Below are positions 28,491 to 39,130 of a stretch of 64,000 nucleotides of DNA, one piece after another. The DNA is from Eledone cirrhosa. Its lineage: Eukaryota. The notes beneath the pieces were generated by a model. It worked only from the letters and a program-made list of their open reading frames with translations. It did no database searches and had not been told where the DNA came from. The translations under genes were made by a program, and so were the position numbers. The first letter of the stretch is position 1; each line of letters starts with the position of its first letter. The stretch lies in contig OZ024757.1 in NCBI GenBank assembly GCA_964016885.1, positions 4,154,001-4,218,000 on the forward strand. Reading direction: 5' to 3'.

Positions 28491-28535
28491 GCTCCGAAGA
28501 TCCCAAGCCTCAGTTTGGATGAAACAATTGTAGGC
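28491..28535 (+). ncRNA. Minimal hammerhead motif, inverted copy of 26419-26463
   Basis: GCT-CCGAAGA-TCCCAAGCCTCAGTTTGGAT-GAAA-CAATTG-TA-GGC. Confidence 0.58.
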
Positions 28536-28570
28536 GAATAAATGCTTTGAACATAGCTTTGATTCCTGTG

Positions 28571-28638
<68 letters not shown>

Positions 28639-28642
<4 letters not shown>

Positions 28643-29366
28643 CAAAAGATTTTGAAAAAGATTTTCTTATTTTACGTCTTTTATATTATTGTTCTGCATC
28701 CTCCTGCATTGAACCACCTAGGTACTATGACATAACCTGTGTATTTGCTGGCATAGGCGTGCATCTGTGCGCTTATGTTAGTTGATATATTAAATTATCT
28801 ATATTTATCTCCAAATCACTGATTTGTCGAGCAAACCTGCCAAAACCACTTCTAAAAAAAAATGTTGGGGGGGCTGTTAGTAGGCGTCTGTCATCTTACC
28901 ATCCCATTCCTTCTGACTAGCCTCTGTATCACGTGATTGATTCTTTAGAATCGGCCATTTGACTAGAGGCAGTGAGGTTTTCAGTGCATGGAATTCAGTC
29001 CTCGCTAGCTGTTCCATCTACCGAATTATTATTATTTTTATATGAGCCGCCAGTGTCCGCGCATTGCCTGGAGACTTAGCTGAGAATAGACTCCCTGATG
29101 ACGCAATGAATTCTCGAAAGTTAGATTACGTAACTGTCTTTATCCCATTGCAGAAACTAATTAGTTGGAGTGAAAATTTAAGTAAGTAAGTAAAAATTTA
29201 AAAAAAAAAATTTTTTAAAAAGATTTTCTTACTTTACGTCTTTTATATTATTGTTCTGCATCCTCCTGCATTGAACCACCTAGGTACTATGACATAACCT
29301 GTGTATTTGCTGGCATAGGCGTGCATCTGTGCGCTTATGTTAGTTGATATATTAAATTATCTATAT
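28639..29366 (+). mobile_element. Non-coding, terminally redundant element (562-bp period) with one hammerhead; retrozyme-like or non-autonomous PLE derivative
   Basis: 28655-28804 repeated at 29217-29366; no credible ORF; (TA)n on both sides. Confidence 0.75.
29090..29171 (+). ncRNA. Type I hammerhead ribozyme motif, canonical core
   Basis: ACTCC-CTGATGA-cGCAATG...CATTGCa-GAAA-CTAATTAG-TT-GGAGT: stem I ACTCC/GGAGT, stem II GCAATG/CATTGC, palindromic stem III AACTAATTAGTT, GUU site. Confidence 0.85.
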
Positions 29367-29387
29367 ATATATATATATATATATATA

Positions 29388-29447
29388 GGAACCAGTAAGA
29401 CCCCGACAGCTGAGCTCAAGCCGTTTCGACGGCTAATTCTGGACTCA

Positions 29448-29450
<3 letters not shown>
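29388..29450 (-). other. Isolated 3' half of a hammerhead between (TA)n tracts
   Basis: Minus strand GAAAC-GGCT-tgagctc-AGCT-GTC-GGGG gives stem III and a GUC site; no CTGANGA upstream. Confidence 0.45.
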
Positions 29451-29491
<41 letters not shown>

Positions 29492-29498
<7 letters not shown>

Positions 29499-30500
29499 AA
29501 ACTTGGACGGGAACAAAAACAGAGAGGCAGTACAAATACAACTTTATTAGATTCACGCTCTTGAGAGTGTGGGGGGGGCGTTTCGGGAATAAGCCCTTCA
29601 TCAGGAGAAAAGTGGGTAGGAAGATAGTTCCGAGGGTCTGTGGGGGAGTGGTAGAGAGACATTTAGAAAAAAAGGGGCAGAGAGAAAAAACGGTGGAATG
29701 GGTACAAATAAAAATAAAAATAAACATAAAGATAAACAAGTGGTGGAAGGATGTGGGGCGTGTAGGGGTAGTGGTGGGGAGGGCTGAAGGTGACGTTTGT
29801 GTATGTGTGTAGGTGTACGTGTGTGTGTGTGTGTGTGTGTGCGTGTGTATGTGAATGTGAGAGTTGGGGGAAGAACGCGGTTCCATGTTCAGGAAAAGGT
29901 GTGTGCGTCGAGTGGGGTGTAAGTCGGTGGGTGCGTGCGTATGGAAGGAGAGGGGCAGGGGGTGGGGGAGGGGCGTGTAGATTCCAGAGGCTGAGTGTGT
30001 ATATGTGGGGGTACGCACGTGTGTGTTGTTGTTTATATGTGGTGTGGATGTGGGTGGCGTGGTTCGAAAAAAATGTGTGAGTGTATGTCCGTGGGTAAGT
30101 TAAGGTAGTTCCGTGGAGTGTGCGATGAGTTGCTGGATATGTTTCATGTTACAGAATGGATAGCTGGAACGATGACCGGTGGTGTGAAATACATAGGTTG
30201 TGGTGGTCGGAAGTGGAGAGAGGTGGGGTGCGCGAAAGACAGGAAGTGGTCAGAGGGTCAAGGCAGGCTGAAGTGATAGCAGTAGAGGAAAATGACAGGT
30301 TGAGAAATGGTCAGTGTGTGGTGCGGACTGTGTGTCTGTGTGTGCGGAGGTGCGGAGGAGAGAGGATGGGTAGGTGTGAAAGGTGGAGGGCGAGGTGGTC
30401 ATGTGGGGGGATGGGGTGTGTATTAGTAGAGGTGTTAATGGGATGTGTGAATGGGTGTAGGTGGAGCGGCGAGAAAACAATGAGATATATGGTTTGTTGA
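29492..30500 (-). mobile_element. Degenerate PLE-like 3' region (CA-rich) with hammerhead core
   Basis: Minus strand CTGATGA-AGGG-cttatt-CCC-GAAACG at 29579-29604, then AATAAA and (TA)n; only weak coding remnants; right boundary approximate. Confidence 0.55.
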
Positions 30501-30582
30501 TTATTGAACAAAGTTAATTTTACAACAGATTAGAAGCATTCTACACATTTTTCTGGAGTATCATTAATATTAACAATATTAT

Positions 30583-30641
30583 ATTTCATCTGACGAAAGC
30601 GTACTAAAATGTTAGTACCCTTGAAATACGTATAATAAAAT
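30583..30641 (+). ncRNA. Type I hammerhead ribozyme motif, canonical core
   Basis: ATTTCAT-CTGACGA-AAGcGTACTAA-aatg-TTAGTACcCTT-GAAA-TACGTA-TA-ATAAAAT; palindromic stem III ATACGTAT, AUA site. Confidence 0.8.
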
Positions 30642-30926
30642 AAATATGGTTTTGTAAAGATATTTTCCATTTATTAATATTGTTAATGGAAAAGGATGAA
30701 ACGAAATTTCCTTTCTCAATCTTAGTATGGCTGATACTTAAATGTAAGTATCTACACGTACATACATATATGTATACAGACGTACAGTAGTATGTATATA
30801 TATACATACATGTACACATATATATAAGCACGTATGGGTTTACCGAACATTTATTATAACGCTCGGTTTGCTTGTAAACAAACAGCCCGAATTACGCCGT
30901 TCAACACTGACAAAGGAACGATATTG

Positions 30927-31013
<87 letters not shown>

Positions 31014-31111
31014 AATTTGAAGACTAAAATCCAAAGAGGGCTCGATAAGGATAAATATATATCAAATATATAAGAACCGTAGAGCAAATATTTATTAAAA
31101 TAACAGATTAA

Positions 31112-31162
31112 AGTTTAAGCAAAGAATCGCTGCTTTCACCCTTAACGGGATCTTCTGAAACT
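31112..31162 (-). ncRNA. Hammerhead motif, family B, core CAGAAGA (inverted pLTR)
   Basis: Reverse complement of 33377-33427. Confidence 0.65.
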
Positions 31163-31873
31163 AACAAAGTCAATCTGTAAACGCAGAAGTGGATATTGCA
31201 AAAAACGTTGCGACCGGAGGAAGACAGGAAGACGATACTTTGGTTCGTGGAAACGTTCGCTGGCAAAGAACGGGAAAAAACGAATATAATACGTCATTAA
31301 TAGGAGCGGTGAAAAACAATTACGCGCAAAGACAGAACCACGTTTATGGTATAAAAGTGGTCGTAGACTAATGTTCTCTTAGGTGGTTCATAGAGACGTT
31401 CTCTGGCAATGAACGAAAAAAACGAAGATAATACGTCATATGTGGAGCGTGGAGAACAATAGCACGCAAAGACAAAACCACGTAAATGGTATAGCAGAAG
31501 TCGTAGACTAATATTCTAACTAGGAGACCGAATGAATCTCCGCTTCAGAGTTAAGAACAAAGTAAATAAATACAATACAGAAGTAATAGAAATAAATAAA
31601 TACATACACGCAAACAAATACGTACATACACAAGCATACGCAAAGCACTTATCATAGGTATACGAAACCACGCACATATAAATATGTGAGTGTGTGAATG
31701 CGTGTATACAAATAAATAAATAATTATATAAACGTATATAAATAAATAAATACGTATATAACAAACGCACACACATACCTACATGTAAATACACGAATGT
31801 TCGCAGACGTAAGTCAACCTAAACATGAAGTACACATATACACACACCCTACATATTTTTAATAGAAGTACTA

Positions 31874-32725
31874 TTTAATAGAAGTACTATTAACATTTCT
31901 TACTCTACCACTCCTAACCTCGCACATAACATCACAGCTTCAAATTTAGCTAAACTACCTAGCCGTAGGAACACGTGCAACCCTGTAGTTAGTACTAACT
32001 GTAATTGTAGGAATCGGGTTGATTGCCCCCTATCGGGGAAATGCCTCTCTAGTAACATTGTCTACAAATGTAAGGTTGTAACACCCACGTCCCGTAGGGC
32101 CTACATAGGGTTAACCGCCAATAGATTCAAGCAGCGTCTTTACATGCATACCCATTCTTTTCGTTACCCTCTAAGAAGGAATATGACGTCACTTTCAGCT
32201 TATATCTGGAGTTTAAAAGACAACCACACCCAATATAAGTTACACTGGGAGATCCTAGCCAGGGCTAGATCGTATAACGGAAATAAAAGACCATGTGACC
32301 TCTGCGCCGCTGAGGCCCTGGAAATAGTCTACGCCACAGACCACACCTTAAACAAAAAATCTGAGGCAATTTCGGCTTGTAAACATAAATTGCACAAAAC
32401 TTTCCTGTATTACAGCCCACGTTATACCCTAACGGATAGTACGATCTATACGTCGATATTTTACGTCTTGATGTGGGAGCTAAGTATATGTTTTGTTTAT
32501 ACCATTACTTATTTGCATAGGTATGTATATATTTCCCGTATGTTTTGTGAAGGTACGCATACCTTCTCGTACGTATATTTGATTGTTTATGTTATGGCGT
32601 ATATTTTTATATATTCTGGTACATATGGTTTGGGTATGTGTATTCGGGAGTTTTGCGTCTGTGCGAGTATGCAGGTTCGTACGTATGTAGGGTGTGGGTA
32701 TATGTGTACTTCATGTTCTGGTTGA
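31874..32725 (+). pseudogene. PLE linker plus GIY-YIG endonuclease fragment, open frame, RT missing
   Basis: FNRSTINISYSTTPNL...CNCRNRVDCPLSGKCLSSNIVYKCKV...AYIGLTANRFKQRLYMH...CDLCAAE...LNKKSEAISACKH. Confidence 0.93.
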
Positions 32726-33376
32726 CATACGTCTCCGAACATTCGTGTATTTACATGTAGGTATCTGTGTGCGCTTGTTATATACGTATTTATTTATTTA
32801 TATACGTTTATATAATTATTTATTTATTTGTATACACGCATACACACACTCACATATTTATATGTGCGTGGTTTCGTATAGCTATGATAAGTGTTTTGCG
32901 TATGCTTGTGTATGTACGTATTTGTTTGCGTGTATGTATTTATTTATTTCTATTACTTCTGTATTGTATTTATTTACTTTGTTCTTAACTCTGAAGCGCA
33001 GATTCATTCGGTCTCCTAGTTAGAATATTAGTCTACGACTTCTGCTATACCATTTACGTGGTTTTGTCTTTGCGTGCTATTGTTCTCCACGCTCCACATA
33101 TGACGTATTATCTTCGTTTTTTTCGTTCATTGCCAGAGAACGTCTCTATGCACCACCTAAGAGAACATTAGTCTACGACCACTTTTATACCATAAACGTG
33201 GTTCTGTCTTTGCGCGTAATTGTTTTTCGCCTCTCCTATTAAAGACGTATTATATTCGTTTTTTCCCGTTCTTTGCCAGCGAATGTTTCCACGAACCAAA
33301 GTATCGTCTTCCTGTCTTCCTCCGGTTGCAACGTTTTTTGAAATATCCACTTCTGCGTTTACAGATTGACTTTGTT

Positions 33377-33427
33377 AGTTTCAGAAGATCCCGTCAAGGG
33401 TGAAAGCAGCGATTCTTTGCTTAAACT
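33377..33427 (+). ncRNA. Hammerhead motif, family B, core CAGAAGA (direct pLTR)
   Basis: AGTTT-CAGAAGA-tCCC-gtcaa-GGG-t-GAAA-GCA...TGC-TT-AAACT, then AATAAA and (TA)n. Confidence 0.65.
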
Positions 33428-33443
33428 TTAATCTGTTATTTTA

Positions 33444-33502
<59 letters not shown>

Positions 33503-33506
<4 letters not shown>

Positions 33507-33650
33507 AGTGTCATTTTGTCTGATGACCCTGCGATAAATATGCGAGACACCAGTGTAACAAGACTCACTATTTAGCTTTAATATAATGAATATTAAAACT
33601 CTAGCTCGGTACTGAGTACTCTTCTCTCTCACCCATCAACTACAAGCAGA
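33503..33650 (+). mobile_element. ~150-bp cassette with degenerate hammerhead between (TA)n tracts
   Basis: TTGT-CTGATGA-...-GAGACAC-ca-GTGT-A-ACAA at 33516-33561; GAAA mutated to GAGA, stem II poor. Confidence 0.5.
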
Positions 33651-33672
33651 TATATATATATATGGGTATATA

Positions 33673-33760
<88 letters not shown>

Positions 33761-33763
<3 letters not shown>

Positions 33764-33868
33764 ATTAAAATACTGTCCTTTTAATTCCCCCCAGTGTTGG
33801 TCTATCCTTTCACCTATGCTTCGAGCTGTCTCGCCTATGTATGTTGGTGTCATGTTGCTGCAAGTACC
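33761..33868 (-). pseudogene. PLE family C GIY-YIG, downstream half (left of the Gypsy insertion)
   Basis: [26 protein letters not shown]; continues in frame from 38959-39130 once the Gypsy element and one TSD copy are removed. Confidence 0.9.
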
Positions 33869-34317
33869 TGTAGCAGCCCCTTACAGCTGTGACTCAGCAC
33901 GTATAGGAGTTGCGAGGGGCGCGACTCCCAGCGGCAGATTCATGTACTAAACGGAGTTGCGTCCCCCTGGGGACTATATAGTCGAGGACTATCAAGGCAT
34001 AAGACACACTTCACTCCTGAACTTCGAAGGGACACCTGAGACCTTGTCAAGAGATGACTCCTGTTTCACTTCCTTCGCACCCAAGAAGAAGAACACCGGC
34101 AGTCTAAAGAAACACTTGAACCTTACCAAGAGAAGATTTTCTGTTCTTCTCCACACACTCCAGTCTGGGAGTTGTGACCACCTGAACATCAACATGTAGT
34201 AACAATTATTTATAACAATTTATTTGACTTCTGTGAAGTAAAACCATGTCACAACTCTCACCTGCATTTATTGTCATTCTTGATAATATTTATATACACT
34301 CATACTAATTTCCTAAA
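33869..34317 (+). repeat. 5' LTR (449 bp)
   Basis: TGTAGC...CCTAAA, matches 38461-38958. Confidence 0.93.
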
Positions 34318-34318
34318 T

Positions 34319-34332
34319 TGATGACCTGACGT
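34319..34332 (+). promoter_or_regulatory. Degenerate primer binding site (tRNA-Trp-like)
   Basis: TGATGACCTGACGT vs expected TGGTGACCCCGACGT, immediately after the 5' LTR. Confidence 0.7.
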
Positions 34333-34869
34333 TTAAAAAAAAAATGGGAAACGGTACCATGTGTATATAAAAAAAAAAGTGAGAGAGAGAAAAAAAACAT
34401 TTAATACAGAACAATACACTTGATTCTGATATGCTGTATTGACCGAGCTAAACATATTTCTCTGTAACACAACATCAAACTCTTCATATGTGCAAAACGA
34501 ACACCCAAAGTTATTTACACACAAACAAACACCAATTGTACGAATGTTTTTTCTTTTTTTTCTCCTTTTCTCTGGCTAAAAATGTGAGGATGACAAGATG
34601 GCGGCTTTCTGCTCCATCAATAGTGTTTTGGGCGCGAAATAGTCGGCCATGTTGGTTTTAGTTTTAAATTCCCTACCTATACCTTATTAATGACATCGCT
34701 CGGTTAGTCGCTCCTTTGCATATTGTCCCGGATGCATTCTTTTTCCTGTCCAGTTGTTTGACAGAGAAAAATAAGCGATCCTGTTTTCCTTTTCTGTTGT
34801 GTTGGAGACATTTTTCCAAATGGAGACGATTTTTTTTTTTTTTTTTGGCAAATTACCTACGGTATAACA

Positions 34870-35124
34870 ATGGCATCTCATTCAGCCATTATGGCGATGC
34901 AGGAGTCCATTCAGGAACTCACCCTGGAGCTCCAGAAGATGAAGGTCTTGTGTGGTGCCCGTTCGCGCCCCCGCAGCCGCGGGAGATCTCAGTCTTTTAG
35001 ACGTCGTTCCAAGTCACCAGCTTCATCTTTATGCTGGTACCATGAGCGATTTGCCGAGAGCGCGAACCAGTGCGTGCAACCTTTCTCGTTTCATAAGGCG
35101 GGTAACGCCAGAGAGGTCCGCTGA
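34870..35124 (+). pseudogene. gag: gag C-terminal remnant
   Basis: RS-rich tract followed by CWYHERFAESANQCVQPFSF (CHCC-like knuckle, last Cys lost); most of gag is missing. Confidence 0.8.
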
Positions 35125-38100
35125 TGGGGGCAGTTGACCTCAACATAAACCCACCAAACCGCCATTTCTTCATTAAGGACCTTATGTCCGGAAGAGGTTT
35201 CCTCGTGGATACAGGAGCCTCCTGTAGTATTTGGCCGGTCCATTGCCTGAAAGATATCCCCGAAGAGTCATCCGTTACTTTGCAGGCAGTTAATCCCTCG
35301 TCTATAAAGACGTACGGGGAAATCTCGCTTCCTCTCAAATTCCTAAATCTCCGTAGGGATTTTAAGTGGACTTTTACGGTTGCCGATTTTCCATGCCCTA
35401 TCTTAGGAGTGGACTTCCTCCACAACTTCTCTTTGACTGTGGACGTCCGTGGCCAACGCCTGGTGGATGACATCACCGGTTTTTCAATTCGTAGGCAGAA
35501 AGCTAATTTTCCAACGGTTAGCCCGACCTTTTTCATCGCTAATGCTGGGAATCCCTATCATGCATTGTTGAATTCTTTCCCACAGCTTACTCAGGGGAAT
35601 TTTCGAGTTATCGAACCGACTCACACAACGGAGCATTTTATCTCTACAACTGGCGCCCCAGTGTTCTCACGTCCACGCCGCTTACTGGCGGACAAATTAA
35701 AGGCAGCACGGTCCGAGTTCGACCATATGCTGCAGCTGGGCATTATTCGCCCATCTACGAGTCCTTGGGCTTCACCGTTACACATGGTGCCCAAGACTTC
35801 TGGCGACTGGACACCCACTGGGGATTATAGGAGGTTAAATGCTATGACCGTCCCGGATAGGTATCCCATTCCCCATCTCCAGGATTTCGCATCTTCATTG
35901 CAGGGATGTAAGATTTTCTCAAAACTAGATTTAGTGCGAGTCTACCACCAAATTCCGGTCAGGAAGGAGGATATTCCGAAAACGGCGATTACAACTCGTT
36001 TCGGATCCTTCGAATTTTTGACCATGCCTTTTGGACTCAGGAACGCCGCTAGCACTTTTCAGCGGTTCATAGACGAAGTCACTCGTGGTCTGAACTTTGT
36101 TTATGCTTACATAGACGATATTCTCGTCGCTCGTTCCTCTCCGGAAGAGCATATACGCCACATGCATCTCTTATTTCGGCGACTTCAGGATTATCACATT
36201 CGTGTGAATCCTGCAAAGTGTGTTTACGGTTCCACTTCGCTAAATTTTTTAGGCCACCTCATCGACGCCGAAGATATTAGGCCGCTCCCTCAGCGAGTTC
36301 AAGCCATACAGGATTTACCTCCGCCTACTACACTTCACCAGTTGCGTCACTTCTTAGGCCTTATCAATTTCTATAGGCGTTTCGTTCCTCATTGTGCTAA
36401 TTTGCTATCTTCCCTTACTGACATTTTGAAAAATCGTCGTAAGAAGAATGAGAATATTTCCTTGACACAAGGACAGCTTCAAGACTTCCAGACTGCCAAG
36501 ACAGCACTCGCTAGTTCATCTTTGCTAGCCCACCCGGTACCAGAGGCCAAGCTTTCTCTTTGTGTTGATGCATCTGATACCGCTGTGGGAGCAGTTTTAC
36601 AGCAGTTCAACGCTGGAAACCAACAACCTTTGGCATTTTTCTCGAGGAAGCTGAAACCAGTAGAAACGCGTTACAGCACGTTTGGGCGGGAATTATTAGC
36701 CAGATATCTGTCGGTGAAACATTTCTCTTACATTCTTTAGGGGAGAAATTTTACTGTTTTAACCGACCACAAACCTCTGACCTTCGCTTTGAGGGCTAAA
36801 GCCGACAGATATTCGCCCAGAGAGACAAGGCACCTGGACTACGTTTCGCAATTTACAAATGATATCCAGCACATTGCTGGCTCGCATAACACAGCTGTAG
36901 ATGCATTGTCAGGTTTGCCAATCAGCTCCATCTCGTCATCCCAGGAGATCGACTTAGGTCGTTTAGCTGCAGACCAACCTGCACTCCAATCATTGGATAC
37001 ATTTTTCTGCCGAATTTGCGACTTGCATCTTCAAATATCTGCCCTTGTCGACCACCAACAGGCAGATTCTATGTGATGTATCTACGGATTCACCACGACC
37101 ATTGTTCATGAGACTCACCGTCGAATTGTGTTCCTTGCTTTGCACAGCATTTCTCACCCAGGAATTTCTGCCACAGTAAAGCTTATAACGGCTAGATTTT
37201 TCTGGCCCAATATGAGGCGAGAAATTACTGCCTGGTGCCGTCCCTGCACACAGTGTCAAAAATCTAAAGTCCACAGACACATCTGGACTCCACTTGGTAC
37301 TTTCAGTACTCCAGATGCTCGGTTTCATCACATCCACATTGACATCATTGGACCTTGGCCATTCAGCAGTGGATATTCGTACCTCTTGACCTGTATCGAT
37401 CGTTTTTCGCGATGGCCTGAAGCCATCCCCTTACAAGATATAACTGCCGAGACTGTAGCGCGTGCCCTGGTATCAGGGTGGATTACCCGCTTTGGGGTAC
37501 CAACTACAATTACCACATACCGTGGTAGACAATTTGAGTCTCATATTTTCTCTAGCGATCAACGGATTCGGACCACAGCCTATCATCCTGCTTCAAATGG
37601 AATGGTGGAACGATTCCACCGCCACTTAAAGGCCGCTCTTCGCGCCTATCCAGACTCTCAACGAGTACCTCCCTATTGTGTTGTTAGGAATTCCGTCATC
37701 AATAAAGGAGGACCTTGGGTTCTCCCCGGCCGAATTACTGTATGGTGCTCCTCTAGCGTGGCCTGGGCAAATGCTTGCGCCTGTTGATCTTACTTTCCAG
37801 GACCCTGTTTCCTACGTATCTCGTTTGCGCTCCTATTTTAAGGACTTACCGCCCATGAATACCAGGAAACAAACTATTAAAGCTGCAGTCCCGAGGGATA
37901 ATGCCTCGTGGTCACATGTGTTCGTAAGAAACGATGCCGTGAGACCACCTCTCACACAACCGCACTCTACCGTGTATTAGCTCGTTCTGATAACCATTTC
38001 ACTGTAGACATTAAGGGATCCAGAGAGACCATTGCGGTTGATAGACTTAAACGGGACCACACAGATGCTCACACACCTGAGCCACATACACCCCTATCTT

Positions 38101-38219
38101 TATCTTTTGCACACGCACCTGTTTCTTCCCCCCCCCCATCACTAAGATACAAGACCACGACCTGTTCCGGTCGAAGAGTCCACTGGCTCAAGGAACTCTT
38201 CCAAACTTTTATCATATGA
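35124..38219 (+). pseudogene. pol: pol: protease, RT, RNase H, integrase; disrupted
   Basis: [68 protein letters not shown]; stop at 36738-36740 and frameshifts in the integrase. Confidence 0.96.
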
Positions 38220-38460
38220 ACTGACCACTGGAGCCTTTTTGGAAACAAACTCTGCCAAACTGTTTTCATGTGAACTGGCCACTGGAGCCTTTTTTGTTTT
38301 TCTCTTTATTGTATTACTATGTACCTTTTCTTTACCATTTCATGCCTTATTTCATACATGTACCCCTTGCGTTGATATTTCATGCCTGTGCTGGGAGCCC
38401 ATGTTTGTGGGTTCGCTACAGTTACCTTCGGGCTTTTCGCCTAGCGTCTGGAGGAGGTAC

Positions 38461-38958
38461 TGTAGCGGCCCCTTACGGCTGTGACTCAGCACGTATAGGA
38501 GTTGCGTCGCTTTACGACGGTCGTAACTCAGCACGTATAAGAGTTACGTCCCTTTGCGACGGGCACGACTCCCAGCAGCAGATTCGTGTACTAAACGGAG
38601 TTGCGTCCCCCTGGGGACGATATAGTTGAGGACTATCAAGGCATAAGACACACTTCACTCCTGAACTTCGAAGGGACACCTGAGACCTTGTCAAGAGATG
38701 ACTCCTGTTTCACTTCCTTCGCACCCAAGAAGAACACCGGCAGCCTAAAGAAACACTTGAACCTTATCAAGAGAAGATTTTCTGTTCTTCTCCACACACT
38801 CCAGTCTGGGAGTTGTGACCACCTGAACATCAACATGTAGTAACAATTATTTATAACAATTTATTTGACTTCTGTGAAGTAAAACCATGTCACAACTCTC
38901 ACCTGCATTTATTGTCATTCTTGATAATATGTATATACATTGATACTAATCTCCTAAA
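38461..38958 (+). repeat. 3' LTR (498 bp), preceded by purine tract GGAGGAGG
   Basis: Matches the 5' LTR but has ~50 extra bp in an internal 42-bp tandem repeat. Confidence 0.93.
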
Positions 38959-39130
38959 TACCTGTTCATCTTATGCTATAGACTACATTTCTAGTTTTAC
39001 AGTTTATCTGGGGGTTTACTTTACATATAACACATTTCCTATTAGTACAGTGGGTTTTCTTTAAAGGGTATGTTTTGCTGATCAGGGATTTTATGGTAGT
39101 TCCTGGCTTTTCTAGCACTTTAAGTTTAAT
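38959..39130 (-). pseudogene. PLE family C Cys-rich linker and start of GIY-YIG
   Basis: IKLKVLEKPGTTIKSLISKTYPLKKTHCTNRKCVICKVNPQINCKTRNVVYSIR*TG. Confidence 0.9.

Larger units (their letters stand above)
26239..28574. mobile_element. Degenerate PLE-like insertion with long inverted arms (26380-27154 vs 27491-28574, ~335-bp spacer)
   Basis: Arms are reverse complements apart from two SINE insertions in the right arm; mirrored ORFs 26840+ and 27810-; HHR near each outer end; (TA)n flanks. Confidence 0.8.
31008..33451 (+). mobile_element. Penelope-like element family B: inverted 5' pLTR plus tail (31008-31855), GIY-YIG, direct 3' pLTR
   Basis: 31088-31855 is the reverse complement of ~32684-33451 (mirrored ORFs 31189+/33168-, 31551-/32767+); (TA)n flanks. 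Confidence 0.93.
33869..38958 (+). mobile_element. Ty3/Gypsy LTR retrotransposon, CsRn1/Kabuki/Boudicca-like, decayed
   Basis: Two LTRs, TSD TACC (33865-33868, 38959-38962), PR-RT-RH-IN order, CHCC-type gag remnant, degenerate tRNA-Trp PBS. Confidence 0.96.

Noticed and set aside
28463-33632. YIYIYI and CVCVCV ORFs
   Set aside because: Translations of (TA)n and (TG)n microsatellites.
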